Assembly (NCBI GenBank): GCA_948525355.1 | Contig: CAOSOP010000001.1 | Location: 732-51,769 of the forward strand | Reading direction: 5' to 3' | Length of the DNA stretch: 51,038 nucleotides | Origin: an uncultured Bacilli bacterium | Lineage (GTDB): Bacteria; Bacillota_I; Bacilli_A; RFN20; CAG-288 | In this document: positions 7,771-17,209 of the stretch, one piece after another | Numbering within the stretch: position 1 is the stretch's first letter | How the letters are laid out: the number at the start of each line of letters is the position of its first letter | Notes under the pieces: model-generated | Seen by the model: only the letters and a program-made list of their open reading frames with translations | Database searches by the model: none | What the model was told of the DNA's origin: nothing | Made by a program: the position numbers and the translations under genes

Positions 7771-9227
7771 ATATCAACCTCCGAAGATATTTCATCTAAG
7801 GTAATTACTTTCATAAAGTTTGTCTTACCAGCACCGACTGGTGTACCACCGGTGATGATTACAGTGCTTTTTGGAGGAATATTATGTATTCTTGCTAAAT
7901 GAATAGCGAGAACTTCCATCTCCTCAATGAATTGTGGAACTTTTTTGACTAGTTTTGGATAAACACCCCAGTTTAAAATTCCATTATAACAGACATCGAC
8001 ATTATTGCTGACTTCGATAACAGGGCAGCATGGTCGAGCCTTGGAAACACGTCTTGCGGTAGCACCTGTTTCAGAAAAACAGACGATGAGCTTTGCATCT
8101 AGTAGAATCGCTGTATCACATACTGAATTAGCAATAGCAGCATTGACTGTTTTTGAAGATGTATCAAATGCAACTTTAGCAAGTGTTTTATAATCAAGTA
8201 TGGATTCTATGCGGTTAGATATCTTTCTTTGCATCATAACTGCTTCTTCTGGGTATTCACCAGATGCGGATTCAGCAGAAAGCATGACTGCATCTGTGCC
8301 ATCTAAGACGGCGTTAGCGACATCGCTAACCTCCGCACGAGTTGGATTAGGGTTGGTTTTCATCGAATCAAGCATCTGTGTGGCTGTGATGACTGGTTTA
8401 CCGCGTTCCTTACACTTTTGAATCATCATTCGTTGAACGATTGGAACATCCTCAGGTGGGATTTCAACTCCTAGATCACCACGAGCAACCATTAAACCAT
8501 CACTATATTCGATAATTTCATCTAAATTGCGAACTGATTCAGCATTCTCAACTTTAGAAATAATAAGGATATTTTCTCCTCCATGTTTCTTTAATAAATC
8601 TCTTAGTTGGATTAAATCTTCCTTACTTCTAACGAAGCTTGCGGCGATGTAATTAACTTTATTTTTACATCCAAAGATAATATCTTCTTCATCTTGCTTA
8701 GAGATGAAGGGAAGAGAAAGGTGAGAATTAGGGCAATTAACACCACGCTTATTTCTTATAACATCGTGGTTTAAAGCTTTAGTAACTAACTCTTTATTTT
8801 TTTCATCTTTTTCAATGACTTCAAGTGTTAAGTTTCCATCATCTAATTTTATACTATCACCGACTTTAACATCATCGTATAAACCTTTAAAAGTGACAGA
8901 GAATAACTCTTTAGTGCCCAAAACTTTATTCATAGTAATTCTTACGATATCATTTGTCTCAATCTGAGCCGCACCATTTTCAAAATCATGTGTTCTAATT
9001 TCAGGACCTTTAGTATCGAGCATAATAGGAATTAAAATCTTTTCTTCCTTTTCAATCTCACGAATGATATTTATCTTATTGAGGTGTTCTTCATATGTTC
9101 CATGAGAAAAATTAAGTCTGGCGACATTCATACCAGCACTTAATAGTTTTTTAAGCATTGGTTTTTTATCACTGCTTGGACCAATAGTACAGACAATCTT
9201 TGTGTTTTTATTTAATTGTTCAATCAT
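7767..9227 (-). CDS. pyk: Pyruvate kinase
   Basis: 486 aa with TKIVCTIGP, MNVARLNFSHG, LDTKGPEIRT, MVARGDLGVEIP and ITATQMLDSM. It lies downstream of pfkA, as in Bacillota. Confidence 0.95.
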   Translation of the reverse strand: MIEQLNKNTKIVCTIGPSSDKKPMLKKLLSAGMNVARLNFSHGTYEEHLNKINIIREIEKEEKILIPIMLDTKGPEIRTHDFENGAAQIETNDIVRITMNKVLGTKELFSVTFKGLYDDVKVGDSIKLDDGNLTLEVIEKDEKNKELVTKALNHDVIRNKRGVNCPNSHLSLPFISKQDEEDIIFGCKNKVNYIAASFVRSKEDLIQLRDLLKKHGGENILIISKVENAESVRNLDEIIEYSDGLMVARGDLGVEIPPEDVPIVQRMMIQKCKERGKPVITATQMLDSMKTNPNPTRAEVSDVANAVLDGTDAVMLSAESASGEYPEEAVMMQRKISNRIESILDYKTLAKVAFDTSSKTVNAAIANSVCDTAILLDAKLIVCFSETGATARRVSKARPCCPVIEVSNNVDVCYNGILNWGVYPKLVKKVPQFIEEMEVLAIHLARIHNIPPKSTVIITGGTPVGAGKTNFMKVITLDEISSEVDI

Positions 9228-9235
9228 AACTCACC

Positions 9236-10195
9236 TCATGCTAATCTTTTGGCCACTTCTAATAAATCAATAGAGCCTTTTCTTTTCATGGTTAAGGCTT
9301 TTTCAATATCTAAATATTGGAGTTTATTATCGATTATTCCAATGCAAACTCCTGAAGTATCTTTGGCGATAAGGTTTACAGCATAATCACCCATTCTTGA
9401 AGCTAAAACTCGATCATTTGCAGTTGGTGAACCACCTCTTTGCATATGACCTAAGACTTCTGAACGAGTATCAAAGCCAACTTCACGCTCAATCTCGTGG
9501 GCTAGTTCATCGACATTGATGATCTTTTCCGCAACGATAACCATCGCATGTCTTTTACCATCGCTCTTTTGTCTTTTTAAATCGTTTAAAAGAGCAGCCT
9601 TATTTGTAAGTTGTTCATTGATTAAAGTGAATTCTGCACCACAGGCAAGGCCTGCATAAGCCGCTAAATCACCACAATGATGGCCCATAACTTCAACGAC
9701 AGAGCAGCGTTGATGCGACGTTGATGTATCACGAAGTTTATCGATGCAGTCGATTATCGTATTTAAAGCCGTATCAAATCCGATAGTAAAATCAGTTGAA
9801 GCAATATCATTATCGATAGTTCCAGGAATGGCAATAGTATGAATTCCTTGACGGTGGAGCGCGAGCGCACCTTTATATGTTCCATCACCACCGATAGCAA
9901 TAAGTGAATCTATTTCCATTTCTTTTAAAATATCTGCGGCTTTTTTCTGTGTCTCAAGTTCGACAAATTCTTTAAAACGAGCAGTTCCAATAATCGTGCC
10001 ACCGCGATTGATGATGTCAGAAACCGAATGCCTTTCCATCTTAACGATATTTCTTTTGATAATGCCTTTATAACCATCGTAGATAGCATAGACCTCAAAT
10101 CCTTGTGAAAGTCCTGATCTAACGATTGAACGAATACAAGCATTCATTCCTGGTGCATCACCACCTGAAGTTAATATCGCAATTTTTTTACACAT
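9236..10195 (-). CDS. pfkA: ATP-dependent 6-phosphofructokinase
   Basis: IAILTSGGDAPGMNA, IGGDGTY and PGTIDNDI motifs. I chose ATG 10195 (MCKKIAIL), which has GGAGG 6 nt upstream, over the TTG extension in the ORF track. Confidence 0.95.
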   Translation of the reverse strand: MCKKIAILTSGGDAPGMNACIRSIVRSGLSQGFEVYAIYDGYKGIIKRNIVKMERHSVSDIINRGGTIIGTARFKEFVELETQKKAADILKEMEIDSLIAIGGDGTYKGALALHRQGIHTIAIPGTIDNDIASTDFTIGFDTALNTIIDCIDKLRDTSTSHQRCSVVEVMGHHCGDLAAYAGLACGAEFTLINEQLTNKAALLNDLKRQKSDGKRHAMVIVAEKIINVDELAHEIEREVGFDTRSEVLGHMQRGGSPTANDRVLASRMGDYAVNLIAKDTSGVCIGIIDNKLQYLDIEKALTMKRKGSIDLLEVAKRLA

Positions 10196-10377
10196 ACTTA
10201 CCTCCAAAATATAATTAAAAATTAACCATATATATATTAGTATAGATTATTAACAAAACAAAATTATTAACCATTAAAAATCAATGAAAGCGTTTTTTTA
10301 AATAATTATTAAATACAATAAATGAGTTTATTCTTTGAAACTAATCTATATTAAAACTAACATTAACCTGATGTTCT

Positions 10378-10417
10378 AGTGATAATTAAATGATAAAAAA
10401 TTAGTTTAATTATCACT
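10378..10417. promoter_or_regulatory. Perfect inverted repeat IR1 (13-nt arms, 14-nt spacer), putative operator
   Basis: AGTGATAATTAAA (10378-10390) and TTTAATTATCACT (10405-10417). Confidence 0.5.
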
Positions 10418-10425
10418 TTCATAAT

Positions 10426-10472
10426 AAAAATGATAATTAACATTATATTTATGTTGTTTAATTATCATTTTT
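10426..10472. promoter_or_regulatory. Perfect inverted repeat IR2 (15-nt arms, 17-nt spacer) overlapping the fic promoter
   Basis: AAAAATGATAATTAA (10426-10440) and TTAATTATCATTTTT (10458-10472). It shares the core TGATAATTAA with IR1. Confidence 0.5.
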
Positions 10473-10482
10473 CCCTTATACT
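10454..10482 (+). promoter_or_regulatory. Putative promoter of fic
   Basis: TTGTTT-17 nt-TATACT, 20 nt upstream of the SD AAGGAG. The right arm of IR2 fills the -35/spacer region. Confidence 0.4.
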
Positions 10483-10502
10483 ATATTTAAAGGAGTGTAA
10501 GA

Positions 10503-11630
10503 ATGAGAAAATCTGGAATCTATAAAGTTAATTTTTATGGTCATGAAGCAGAGTATAAGTCTTTTTGCCCAACAGCACTACAAAACCTAGAGTTTGAAAC
10601 TTTTGATTCATATACCACTGATCTTTTAGCAAAAGTAAATTATCAGCTTGGTATATTAAATGAACTATCGAAAAATATAAGAGGTACAGATCAGTTTTTA
10701 AGTTCTTATATTAGAAAAGAGGCATTATATAGCAGTCAAATCGAAGGGACTCAGGCAACACTTGATGATATATATAGCATTGAAAATGAAAAAGTGCTTG
10801 ATCTAGACGTTGAGGAAGTTATCAACTATGTTAAAGCAATAAAATATGCTATTAAACTACTTGATGAGCTGCCCATTTGCTCAAGATATATAAAAAATGT
10901 TCATCGAATACTAATGAATGGTGTTAGAGGTGAGAATAAAGAGCCTGGAGAGTTCAGAAAATCTCAAAACTGGATTGGTGCAGCGAACAGTTCATTAAAA
11001 GATGCAAAATATATTCCTCCTAATATCGATGATATGAATAAATGTATGGCTGATTTAGAGGAATATATAAATAGTTCAGATGATGGACTAGATATACTAG
11101 TCAAAGCTTCATTAATTCATTATCAATTTGAAACAATTCATCCTTTTCTTGATGGCAATGGTCGAATAGGAAGAATGTTAATCGTTCTATTTCTAATCAC
11201 AAAGAATAAACTGTCTAATCCATGCCTTTACATTTCTTATTTTCTTAAAAAGAATCAATTAGAGTATTATGATCGAATGTCATACGTAAGAAATAAAAAT
11301 GATTATAATCAGTGGATCAATTTTTTCTTAGAAACTATGCATAACGCAATTTTGTCTTCAATCAAATCATTAAAGGAACTGACAGGATTAAGGCAAAGGA
11401 ACAGTTTACTTATTAAAGAAAGAGATTATTGGTTATTAGATTTTCTTGAAAACAACCCTATTATCGATGCAAGAAGTGCTAGTCAAAAACTTGGTATGGA
11501 TTATTTAAAAGTTAATAGAGCAGTACATCGCTTTGTAGATTTGAAAATATTAACAATAGTTAATAAGTCGAAGAAAAGAAGACTATACATTTATAATGAT
11601 TACATGAAAATACTAAAAACAGAAGATTAA
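10503..11630 (+). CDS. Fic-family protein (AMPylase-type) with N-terminal inhibitory motif and C-terminal wHTH-like tail
   Basis: Fic motif HPFLDGNGRIGR. An N-terminal S-S-Q-I-E-G match to the [ST]xxxE[GN] alpha-inh motif. The C-terminal ~70 aa resemble a winged HTH. Confidence 0.85.
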   Translation: MRKSGIYKVNFYGHEAEYKSFCPTALQNLEFETFDSYTTDLLAKVNYQLGILNELSKNIRGTDQFLSSYIRKEALYSSQIEGTQATLDDIYSIENEKVLDLDVEEVINYVKAIKYAIKLLDELPICSRYIKNVHRILMNGVRGENKEPGEFRKSQNWIGAANSSLKDAKYIPPNIDDMNKCMADLEEYINSSDDGLDILVKASLIHYQFETIHPFLDGNGRIGRMLIVLFLITKNKLSNPCLYISYFLKKNQLEYYDRMSYVRNKNDYNQWINFFLETMHNAILSSIKSLKELTGLRQRNSLLIKERDYWLLDFLENNPIIDARSASQKLGMDYLKVNRAVHRFVDLKILTIVNKSKKRRLYIYNDYMKILKTED

Positions 11631-11719
11631 TAGAAAAATTTTAATTTGCATATTGACAAATATTTTATAAAAATGCTACCATAAAGACGTAAGCAAGCGC
11701 TTACATTATCGAAAATAGC

Positions 11720-11801
11720 AGATCGCCCCCATAATCTTGATTATGTTAAATAATTAACGATTTGCCTGGCTTTTAGCCATGAGGGGCGATCTTTTATTTT
11801 T
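11720..11801 (+). promoter_or_regulatory. Structured 5' leader with terminator-like closing stem (unclassified candidate riboswitch/attenuator)
   Basis: A 10-bp GC-rich stem, AGATCGCCCC (11720-11729) with GGGGCGATCT (11783-11792), encloses two small hairpins (CATAATC-ttg-GATTATG and TGGCT-ttt-AGCCA). TTTTATTTTT follows, ending 17 nt before the ATG. A possible TTGACA-18-TACCAT promoter lies at 11654. Confidence 0.4.
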
Positions 11802-11818
11802 GGAAAAAAGGAGGCTTT

Positions 11819-13492
11819 ATGAAGCTTAAGAAAACATTTATACCACTTGTTTTACCACTTTTAATCCTCACTTCTTGTAATGACAAAGATAGTTTCAAGT
11901 ATGAAGGTGTTATCAGTGATATAAGAGTGGCAGAAGTCGGCACTACTCATACAGTCAGTGGAGTAGTTGTAAAGCATGTCTACACCGGACAGTCGACCCC
12001 TTACATCACAGGATTTATGTTAGCTAATGAATCTGGATGTATCTACGTCTGGGGTGAAACAGTTGCCAAAACTGTAAAAGTTGGCGAAAAAGTTAAGGTT
12101 GAAGGAAAGAAAGCCTATTATGTTCCTCAAACTGATGAAGGTGCAGCAGCAGCGAGCGGATATAAAGGTCAACTCCAATTAACTAATCCAGTATTAATTG
12201 AAAATATTGGTGGAGAACATGATATTCCTTCAAAGGCGATAACGAGCATTGATAATATTAATGAAGTCACTCGTCACGCTGTAAACGATGATATATCTAA
12301 TAATATCTATCGTGCGATTGGTCGCGTAACTAAGACCATCGGTGGTGATTATACCAACTACTATTTGTATGACCGCAATAGAGAGGATGCAATTAGTTTT
12401 TATACACAGTCAAATGGTAAAGACTATGCATGGTTAGAGCCATATGTTGATAAATATGTCGATATGACATTCATCGCAATAAATGCTAAACCTGGAAATG
12501 CTTTGTGGAGAGGTTTGCCAGTATTAGTCAATGATGACTCGATTACAATCAGCAATGAAGATGAAGCAAAATACGCTGCTGAACGTGCACTAAAGACCTT
12601 GCTTGATTCTTATTCTGATGAAACAAAAGTTTCTGTTAAAAATACCGATGAACTTCTTGAAGGTGTTAAACTAAGTTATTCTTCTAAGAGTGAACTTGTC
12701 AGTATTAGTGAAACTACTGATGGATTCGATATCAACTTTAAAAAGCCAAGCACAGAAACAGAAGTTGAAGTAGAAATAACTGCTTCTTATAAAGGCGCAA
12801 GTTCAAAAGTGATTAAAAAGATAAAACTCGGTGTAGAAGTTAAACATCAAGCCATATCGATCAGTGAAGCTTTAAGCAAAGAAACTGGTACTGAAGTTAT
12901 TATCGAAGGTATTCTTTCTCGTAAGACTTATAAGAGTGGTACCGATGATCCATTAGGTGGATTTATCATTGATAGCACTGGTTCAATAGTCGTCTATAAT
13001 GATGCTCCATATATGGCAAGTTTAGCAAATGCTACTGAAGGAAATAAGGTCATGCTCAAAGGTACTATCGATAGATATATATCAACTAATACTGCTGAAA
13101 GTGGATATACTGGTGATGTCCAACTTAGAAATACTGAACTTCTATTCGTCGATGGTGCAAATAATCCTATTCCAAGTGAAGCGATAGAAGAGAAGACTGT
13201 TGAATGGATACAAAGTCAACCTGCAACCAATAATATTTCTTCAAAAGTATTTAAAGTTACAGCCAAAATAATTAAATCAACAGGTTATGCAACATCATAT
13301 AGTTTAAAGGATCCAAATAACCTCGATAAATCCTTATCAGTATACTCACAAAGAAGTGGTTCTGACTTTTCTTGGTTAGATCCATATGCTGATCAAGTGG
13401 TAACATTATATGTCGGTGTTCAAAATCTTCAATTAAGAAGTGGATCACCTAACTGGAGATGTTGCCCAATTCAAATAATAAGCGCTAATTAA
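11819..13492 (+). CDS. Lipoprotein with internally duplicated OB-fold-like modules
   Basis: Signal peptide plus lipobox LILTSC. Two repeats of a module pair, e.g. GYKGQLQLTNPVLIENIGGEHDIPSKAI versus GYTGDVQLRNTELLFVDGANNPIPSEAI, and SFYTQSNGKDYAWLEPYVDKYV versus SVYSQRSGSDFSWLDPYADQVV. Confidence 0.6.
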   Translation: MKLKKTFIPLVLPLLILTSCNDKDSFKYEGVISDIRVAEVGTTHTVSGVVVKHVYTGQSTPYITGFMLANESGCIYVWGETVAKTVKVGEKVKVEGKKAYYVPQTDEGAAAASGYKGQLQLTNPVLIENIGGEHDIPSKAITSIDNINEVTRHAVNDDISNNIYRAIGRVTKTIGGDYTNYYLYDRNREDAISFYTQSNGKDYAWLEPYVDKYVDMTFIAINAKPGNALWRGLPVLVNDDSITISNEDEAKYAAERALKTLLDSYSDETKVSVKNTDELLEGVKLSYSSKSELVSISETTDGFDINFKKPSTETEVEVEITASYKGASSKVIKKIKLGVEVKHQAISISEALSKETGTEVIIEGILSRKTYKSGTDDPLGGFIIDSTGSIVVYNDAPYMASLANATEGNKVMLKGTIDRYISTNTAESGYTGDVQLRNTELLFVDGANNPIPSEAIEEKTVEWIQSQPATNNISSKVFKVTAKIIKSTGYATSYSLKDPNNLDKSLSVYSQRSGSDFSWLDPYADQVVTLYVGVQNLQLRSGSPNWRCCPIQIISAN

Positions 13493-13532
13493 TTCCGAAG
13501 ATATAACCCTCTATATCTTTACTCCTTTCTAG

Positions 13533-13568
13533 AAGAGGTTGAGCCCCCACTCAACCTCTTTTATCTTG
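13533..13568 (+). terminator. Intrinsic terminator of the lipoprotein gene
   Basis: AAGAGGTTGAG-cccccac-TCAACCTCTT followed by TTATCTT. Confidence 0.65.
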
Positions 13569-13594
13569 TTTAATTCTTTTAATTGTATTAGAAT
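13566..13594 (+). promoter_or_regulatory. Putative promoter of tex
   Basis: TTGTTT-17 nt-TAGAAT, about 20 nt upstream of the SD GAGGTG. Confidence 0.4.
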
Positions 13595-13615
13595 ATCTAC
13601 CAATTGAGGTGTAGT

Positions 13616-15751
13616 ATGATCGATAGTTATATTGTCAGTTTAGTTAGTAAAAAATTAGATGTAAATGAAAAAAATGCCATGATGGCTCTGCGTTTGCTTG
13701 AAGAGGGTGGAACAATTCCTTTTGTTTCAAGATATCGTAAAGAAGAGACTGGTGGACTGACCGATATTGAAATAAGTAATATCGTTAAAGAATATAAATC
13801 TATCGGTAATTTTGTCGCAAGACAAAATACCATATTAAAAGAGATTGAATCTCAAGGAAAATTGGATGATGAATTAAGACAAAAGATTTTAAACGCCAAA
13901 ACTTTAGCTGAACTTGAGGACATCTACCTTCCATATAAGCCGAAAAAGAGCACCAGGGGAAGCAAGGCAAAGGCCGCTGGACTCGACGTCTTGGCTAAAC
14001 TCATCGTCGAAGATAAGGATGCTGACTTTGCTTCATTTATTAAAAACGATACACCTTACAATACTGTAGATAAAGTTAAACAAGGTGCGCTTGATATCAT
14101 CGCCGAAGATATTTCAAGTGATGCTGATATAAGAGCATATATTAAAAAATTGATGGAAGAGTATGGATTGATAAAGACGACATTGATCAATGAAGAAAAG
14201 GATCCACAGAAGAAATATCATCTCTTTTACGATGGTCAATACTCGATAAAGACGATAAAGACACATCAGTTTTTAGGAATTAATCGAGCGAGCAATGAGG
14301 AAGTAATTAAATATAAGTTCATTTATGATGAAGATAATATTTTAAATCACATTTATAATGCATATTTTAAAAATAACAAGAGATATGTCGACATGTTAAA
14401 AGAAACTGTTCGTGATTCCTTCTCACGCTTAATCGAGCCTTCAATCAGCAATTATCTTTCTTCGTCGTTATTTGAAAAATCTGAAGAAGATAGTTTAAAA
14501 AGCTTTGAGTCATCTTTAAACGATATATTAATGAAATCACCATATAAGGCTAAAAGCATTTTAGGATTTGATCCGGGCTATTCCCATGGATGTAAAATCT
14601 GCATCATCGATGGAAATGGAAATGTTTTATACCACGGAGTGATAAAGCCAACGATTTCTGAAAATGCCATGCTTAAAGAAGCACCGGGATTTATCGAACT
14701 TTTGAAGAGATTCAATGTTGAAATCATCGCCTTAGGAAATGGTACAGCGACAAGAGAGGCGGAAGATTTTATTCGACTTTGTTTAAAAGAAGTTGAAGGA
14801 TGTACCTATGAAATCGTCAGCGAAGATGGGGCATCGATTTATTCTGTCACTGATGTAGCAGTGAATGAATTTCCAAATTTAGATCCAAATCTTCGTTCCT
14901 CCATATCGATTGCCAGAAGACTTCTTGATCCTCTAGCGGAACTTGTCAAAGTCGATCCTTCTGGTCTTGGAGTAGGGCAATATCAGCACGATTTAGATAA
15001 GAAAAAACTCCAAGAACACCTTTCTAACGTCGTTTTTAAAACTGTTAACGATGTTGGTGTCAATGTCAACACCGCTTCTACTTCACTCCTTTCCTATGTC
15101 TCGGGTATAAATAAAACGATTGCAACAAATATCGTTGAACATATTAAAAAATCTGGTGATATAAAAAACAGAAAAGAACTTCTTAAAGTCAAGGGATTTG
15201 GTGCAAAAGCTTTTGAAAATGCCGCAGGTTTTTTAAGAATCGATGGAAATGAACCACTAGATATAACTTCTATTCATCCAGAGTCATATGAAAAGACTTA
15301 TCAGATCTTAAGTAAATTGAATCTTAAATATCCTGATGATATTGCTTCAATAAAAGAATTATCGGTGAATGAATTTATAAATGCGGCAAAAGCATTAAAT
15401 ATCAGCAGTGTCTTGGCTGAAGATATCTATAAAGAATTAGTCAAAGAAACTCGTGATCCACGTGGAGAAGCGATTAAATTTGAAAGAAATAATAAGTATC
15501 GCAGCATTGAAGATCTAGTTCCAGGAATCATCTTAAGCGGTGTTATATCAAATATCACTGATTTCGGGTGTTTTGTTGATATAGGTGTTCATGTCAGTGG
15601 GTTGGTCCACATTTCACAAATTGCCAATGCTTATGTTTCAAAGGATAAGATAAGAGACTTTATAAAAATCGGTCAAGTTGTAAAAGTCAAGGTTATTGAA
15701 GTCGATGTTAAAAGACAAAGAATTAATCTTTCAATAAAAGATGCAAATTGA
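13616..15751 (+). CDS. tex: Tex-like transcription accessory protein (YqgF/HHH/S1 domains)
   Basis: N-terminal TIPFVSRYRKEETGGL, a YqgF-like core (GFDPGYSHGCKICIIDGNG), HhH repeats and a C-terminal S1 domain (GVISNITDFGCFVDIGVHVSGLVHISQ). I chose ATG 13616 after GAGGTG. Confidence 0.9.
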   Translation: MIDSYIVSLVSKKLDVNEKNAMMALRLLEEGGTIPFVSRYRKEETGGLTDIEISNIVKEYKSIGNFVARQNTILKEIESQGKLDDELRQKILNAKTLAELEDIYLPYKPKKSTRGSKAKAAGLDVLAKLIVEDKDADFASFIKNDTPYNTVDKVKQGALDIIAEDISSDADIRAYIKKLMEEYGLIKTTLINEEKDPQKKYHLFYDGQYSIKTIKTHQFLGINRASNEEVIKYKFIYDEDNILNHIYNAYFKNNKRYVDMLKETVRDSFSRLIEPSISNYLSSSLFEKSEEDSLKSFESSLNDILMKSPYKAKSILGFDPGYSHGCKICIIDGNGNVLYHGVIKPTISENAMLKEAPGFIELLKRFNVEIIALGNGTATREAEDFIRLCLKEVEGCTYEIVSEDGASIYSVTDVAVNEFPNLDPNLRSSISIARRLLDPLAELVKVDPSGLGVGQYQHDLDKKKLQEHLSNVVFKTVNDVGVNVNTASTSLLSYVSGINKTIATNIVEHIKKSGDIKNRKELLKVKGFGAKAFENAAGFLRIDGNEPLDITSIHPESYEKTYQILSKLNLKYPDDIASIKELSVNEFINAAKALNISSVLAEDIYKELVKETRDPRGEAIKFERNNKYRSIEDLVPGIILSGVISNITDFGCFVDIGVHVSGLVHISQIANAYVSKDKIRDFIKIGQVVKVKVIEVDVKRQRINLSIKDAN

Positions 15752-15785
15752 TTGGAATTGATGTAAAATAAAAAAAGGAGGTAGT

Positions 15786-16091
15786 ATGCCAGAATACCTA
15801 ACGAAAAAGAATATCTGTGGTAAATTTGGAATATCGAGTGATGCTATACTTTCTATAGCCCATATCACTGCATTAGACGATGGACGTATTGATGTCAATC
15901 TCGAACATACTAAATGCAATTTCTATGGTAATCAATTGAAGATTCAACTCTGTATTAACATCAAGAAAGAGTATATTACAAAGGTTTCTTCCATTGAATT
16001 AACACAGAAGATAAAAGATGATATCGTCTTCGCCATCAAGTCACAAGTCGGATTAAAGAATATCGACGTCAGAGTGTTTATTGAGTTCTAA
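15786..16091 (+). CDS. Asp23/Gls24-family-like small protein
   Basis: 101 aa with an alternating beta-strand pattern (IQLCINI, VRVFIEF) and a position upstream of nusB matching B. subtilis yqhY. The sequence match is weak. Confidence 0.45.
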   Translation: MPEYLTKKNICGKFGISSDAILSIAHITALDDGRIDVNLEHTKCNFYGNQLKIQLCINIKKEYITKVSSIELTQKIKDDIVFAIKSQVGLKNIDVRVFIEF

Positions 16092-16786
16092 TGGCTGATC
16101 AAAGTTATATTTCTATCCACAATAAGCTAGTCAAACAATTCCGACGCAGCGCTACATATATCTGCTGGGTTGGTGTTTTAGCTATGTTTGCACTTTTATT
16201 TTTTTTGTTCTCACTCTTACGTTTTAATTCTTATCCAGGAGCTGAAGATAACACTAATGTCGGACTCGGTGGAACTTTTAATATTCCAACATTTCTTGTT
16301 TTAATATTTATCAACTTACTTCCACAAGAAGTGATTATAACTTTGCTTTTTTTAGCAAATGGAATTTTTTCGGGATTATTTATCTATTTAGGACTTAATG
16401 CTAGAAAAGGAAAGAAGTGGCATCTTTATTCAGGAATAATAATCTATTTTATCGATGCAATTGGATTAATACTTGTATTAATTAAGCCAGTGATGAATGC
16501 GATCAATACATCAGACATCTTTTTGTCCTTAGTAGTTCACATCATTTTCTTATTTATTCTTTGCTATGCTTTTTATAAGCGCGCAAGAATCGTCGCTTTA
16601 AAGGATCGAGCGAGAAAAGATATTAGATTTGAAAGAGTTGAAACGAATAAAAAAGTTGTTATATCTTATAAAAAGAGCGAACGTGAACTAGATGAAGGAG
16701 TCAGCGTATTGATCGATGAAATTGATAATGACAAAAATGCAAGTATTGAGGAGAATAAAAATACACTAGATAATCAGAGTAAATAG
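16091..16786 (+). CDS. Hypothetical polytopic membrane protein
   Basis: 231 aa with about 5 TM helices and a charged C-terminal tail. The start overlaps the previous stop (TAATG). Confidence 0.5.
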   Translation: MADQSYISIHNKLVKQFRRSATYICWVGVLAMFALLFFLFSLLRFNSYPGAEDNTNVGLGGTFNIPTFLVLIFINLLPQEVIITLLFLANGIFSGLFIYLGLNARKGKKWHLYSGIIIYFIDAIGLILVLIKPVMNAINTSDIFLSLVVHIIFLFILCYAFYKRARIVALKDRARKDIRFERVETNKKVVISYKKSERELDEGVSVLIDEIDNDKNASIEENKNTLDNQSK

Positions 16787-16807
16787 TGATATATTATTTA
16801 AGGACTT

Positions 16808-17209
16808 ATGAAGCAAAGTGAAATTAGAGAAAAAATTATCAGTGCTGTTTATACCGCAAATTTTTTAACAGATAGTGGTATAACTTTTGAATATGCTGAT
16901 GTTTTGGAGGATTCCTTTGAAGAGGAATACGAAAATATTTCTAGTTTTGCAAAGAGTTTATACGTTAAATCTTTAATCAATCAAGATGAAGCGATTAAAA
17001 ACATTCAAAGCAATTTGACAAAGTGGTCTTTTAATCGTTTAAATCGAGTTATTCAAGCTATTTTAATCACAGCTTATACTGAAAGAAATGTCATCAACGA
17101 AACTGATAAAAAAGTTATCATCAATGAATATATTGAATTATCAAAAAAATATGGCGATGCTAATGATTATCGCCTAGTCAATTCTGTTTTAGATAAGGTG
17201 TTAAATTGA
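16808..17209 (+). CDS. nusB: Transcription antitermination factor NusB
   Basis: 133 aa with W..NRLNRVIQAILITAYTE and VIINEYIELSKKYG......LVNSVLDKV, matching NusB conserved blocks. Synteny with xseAB supports the call. Confidence 0.75.
   Translation: MKQSEIREKIISAVYTANFLTDSGITFEYADVLEDSFEEEYENISSFAKSLYVKSLINQDEAIKNIQSNLTKWSFNRLNRVIQAILITAYTERNVINETDKKVIINEYIELSKKYGDANDYRLVNSVLDKVLN

Noticed and set aside
10285-10298. A cre-like sequence TGAAAGCGTTTTTT about 90 nt upstream of pfkA.
   Set aside because: It matches only 12 of 14 positions of TGWAANCGNTNWCA and loses the 3' CA half-site. That is insufficient to call a CcpA site.
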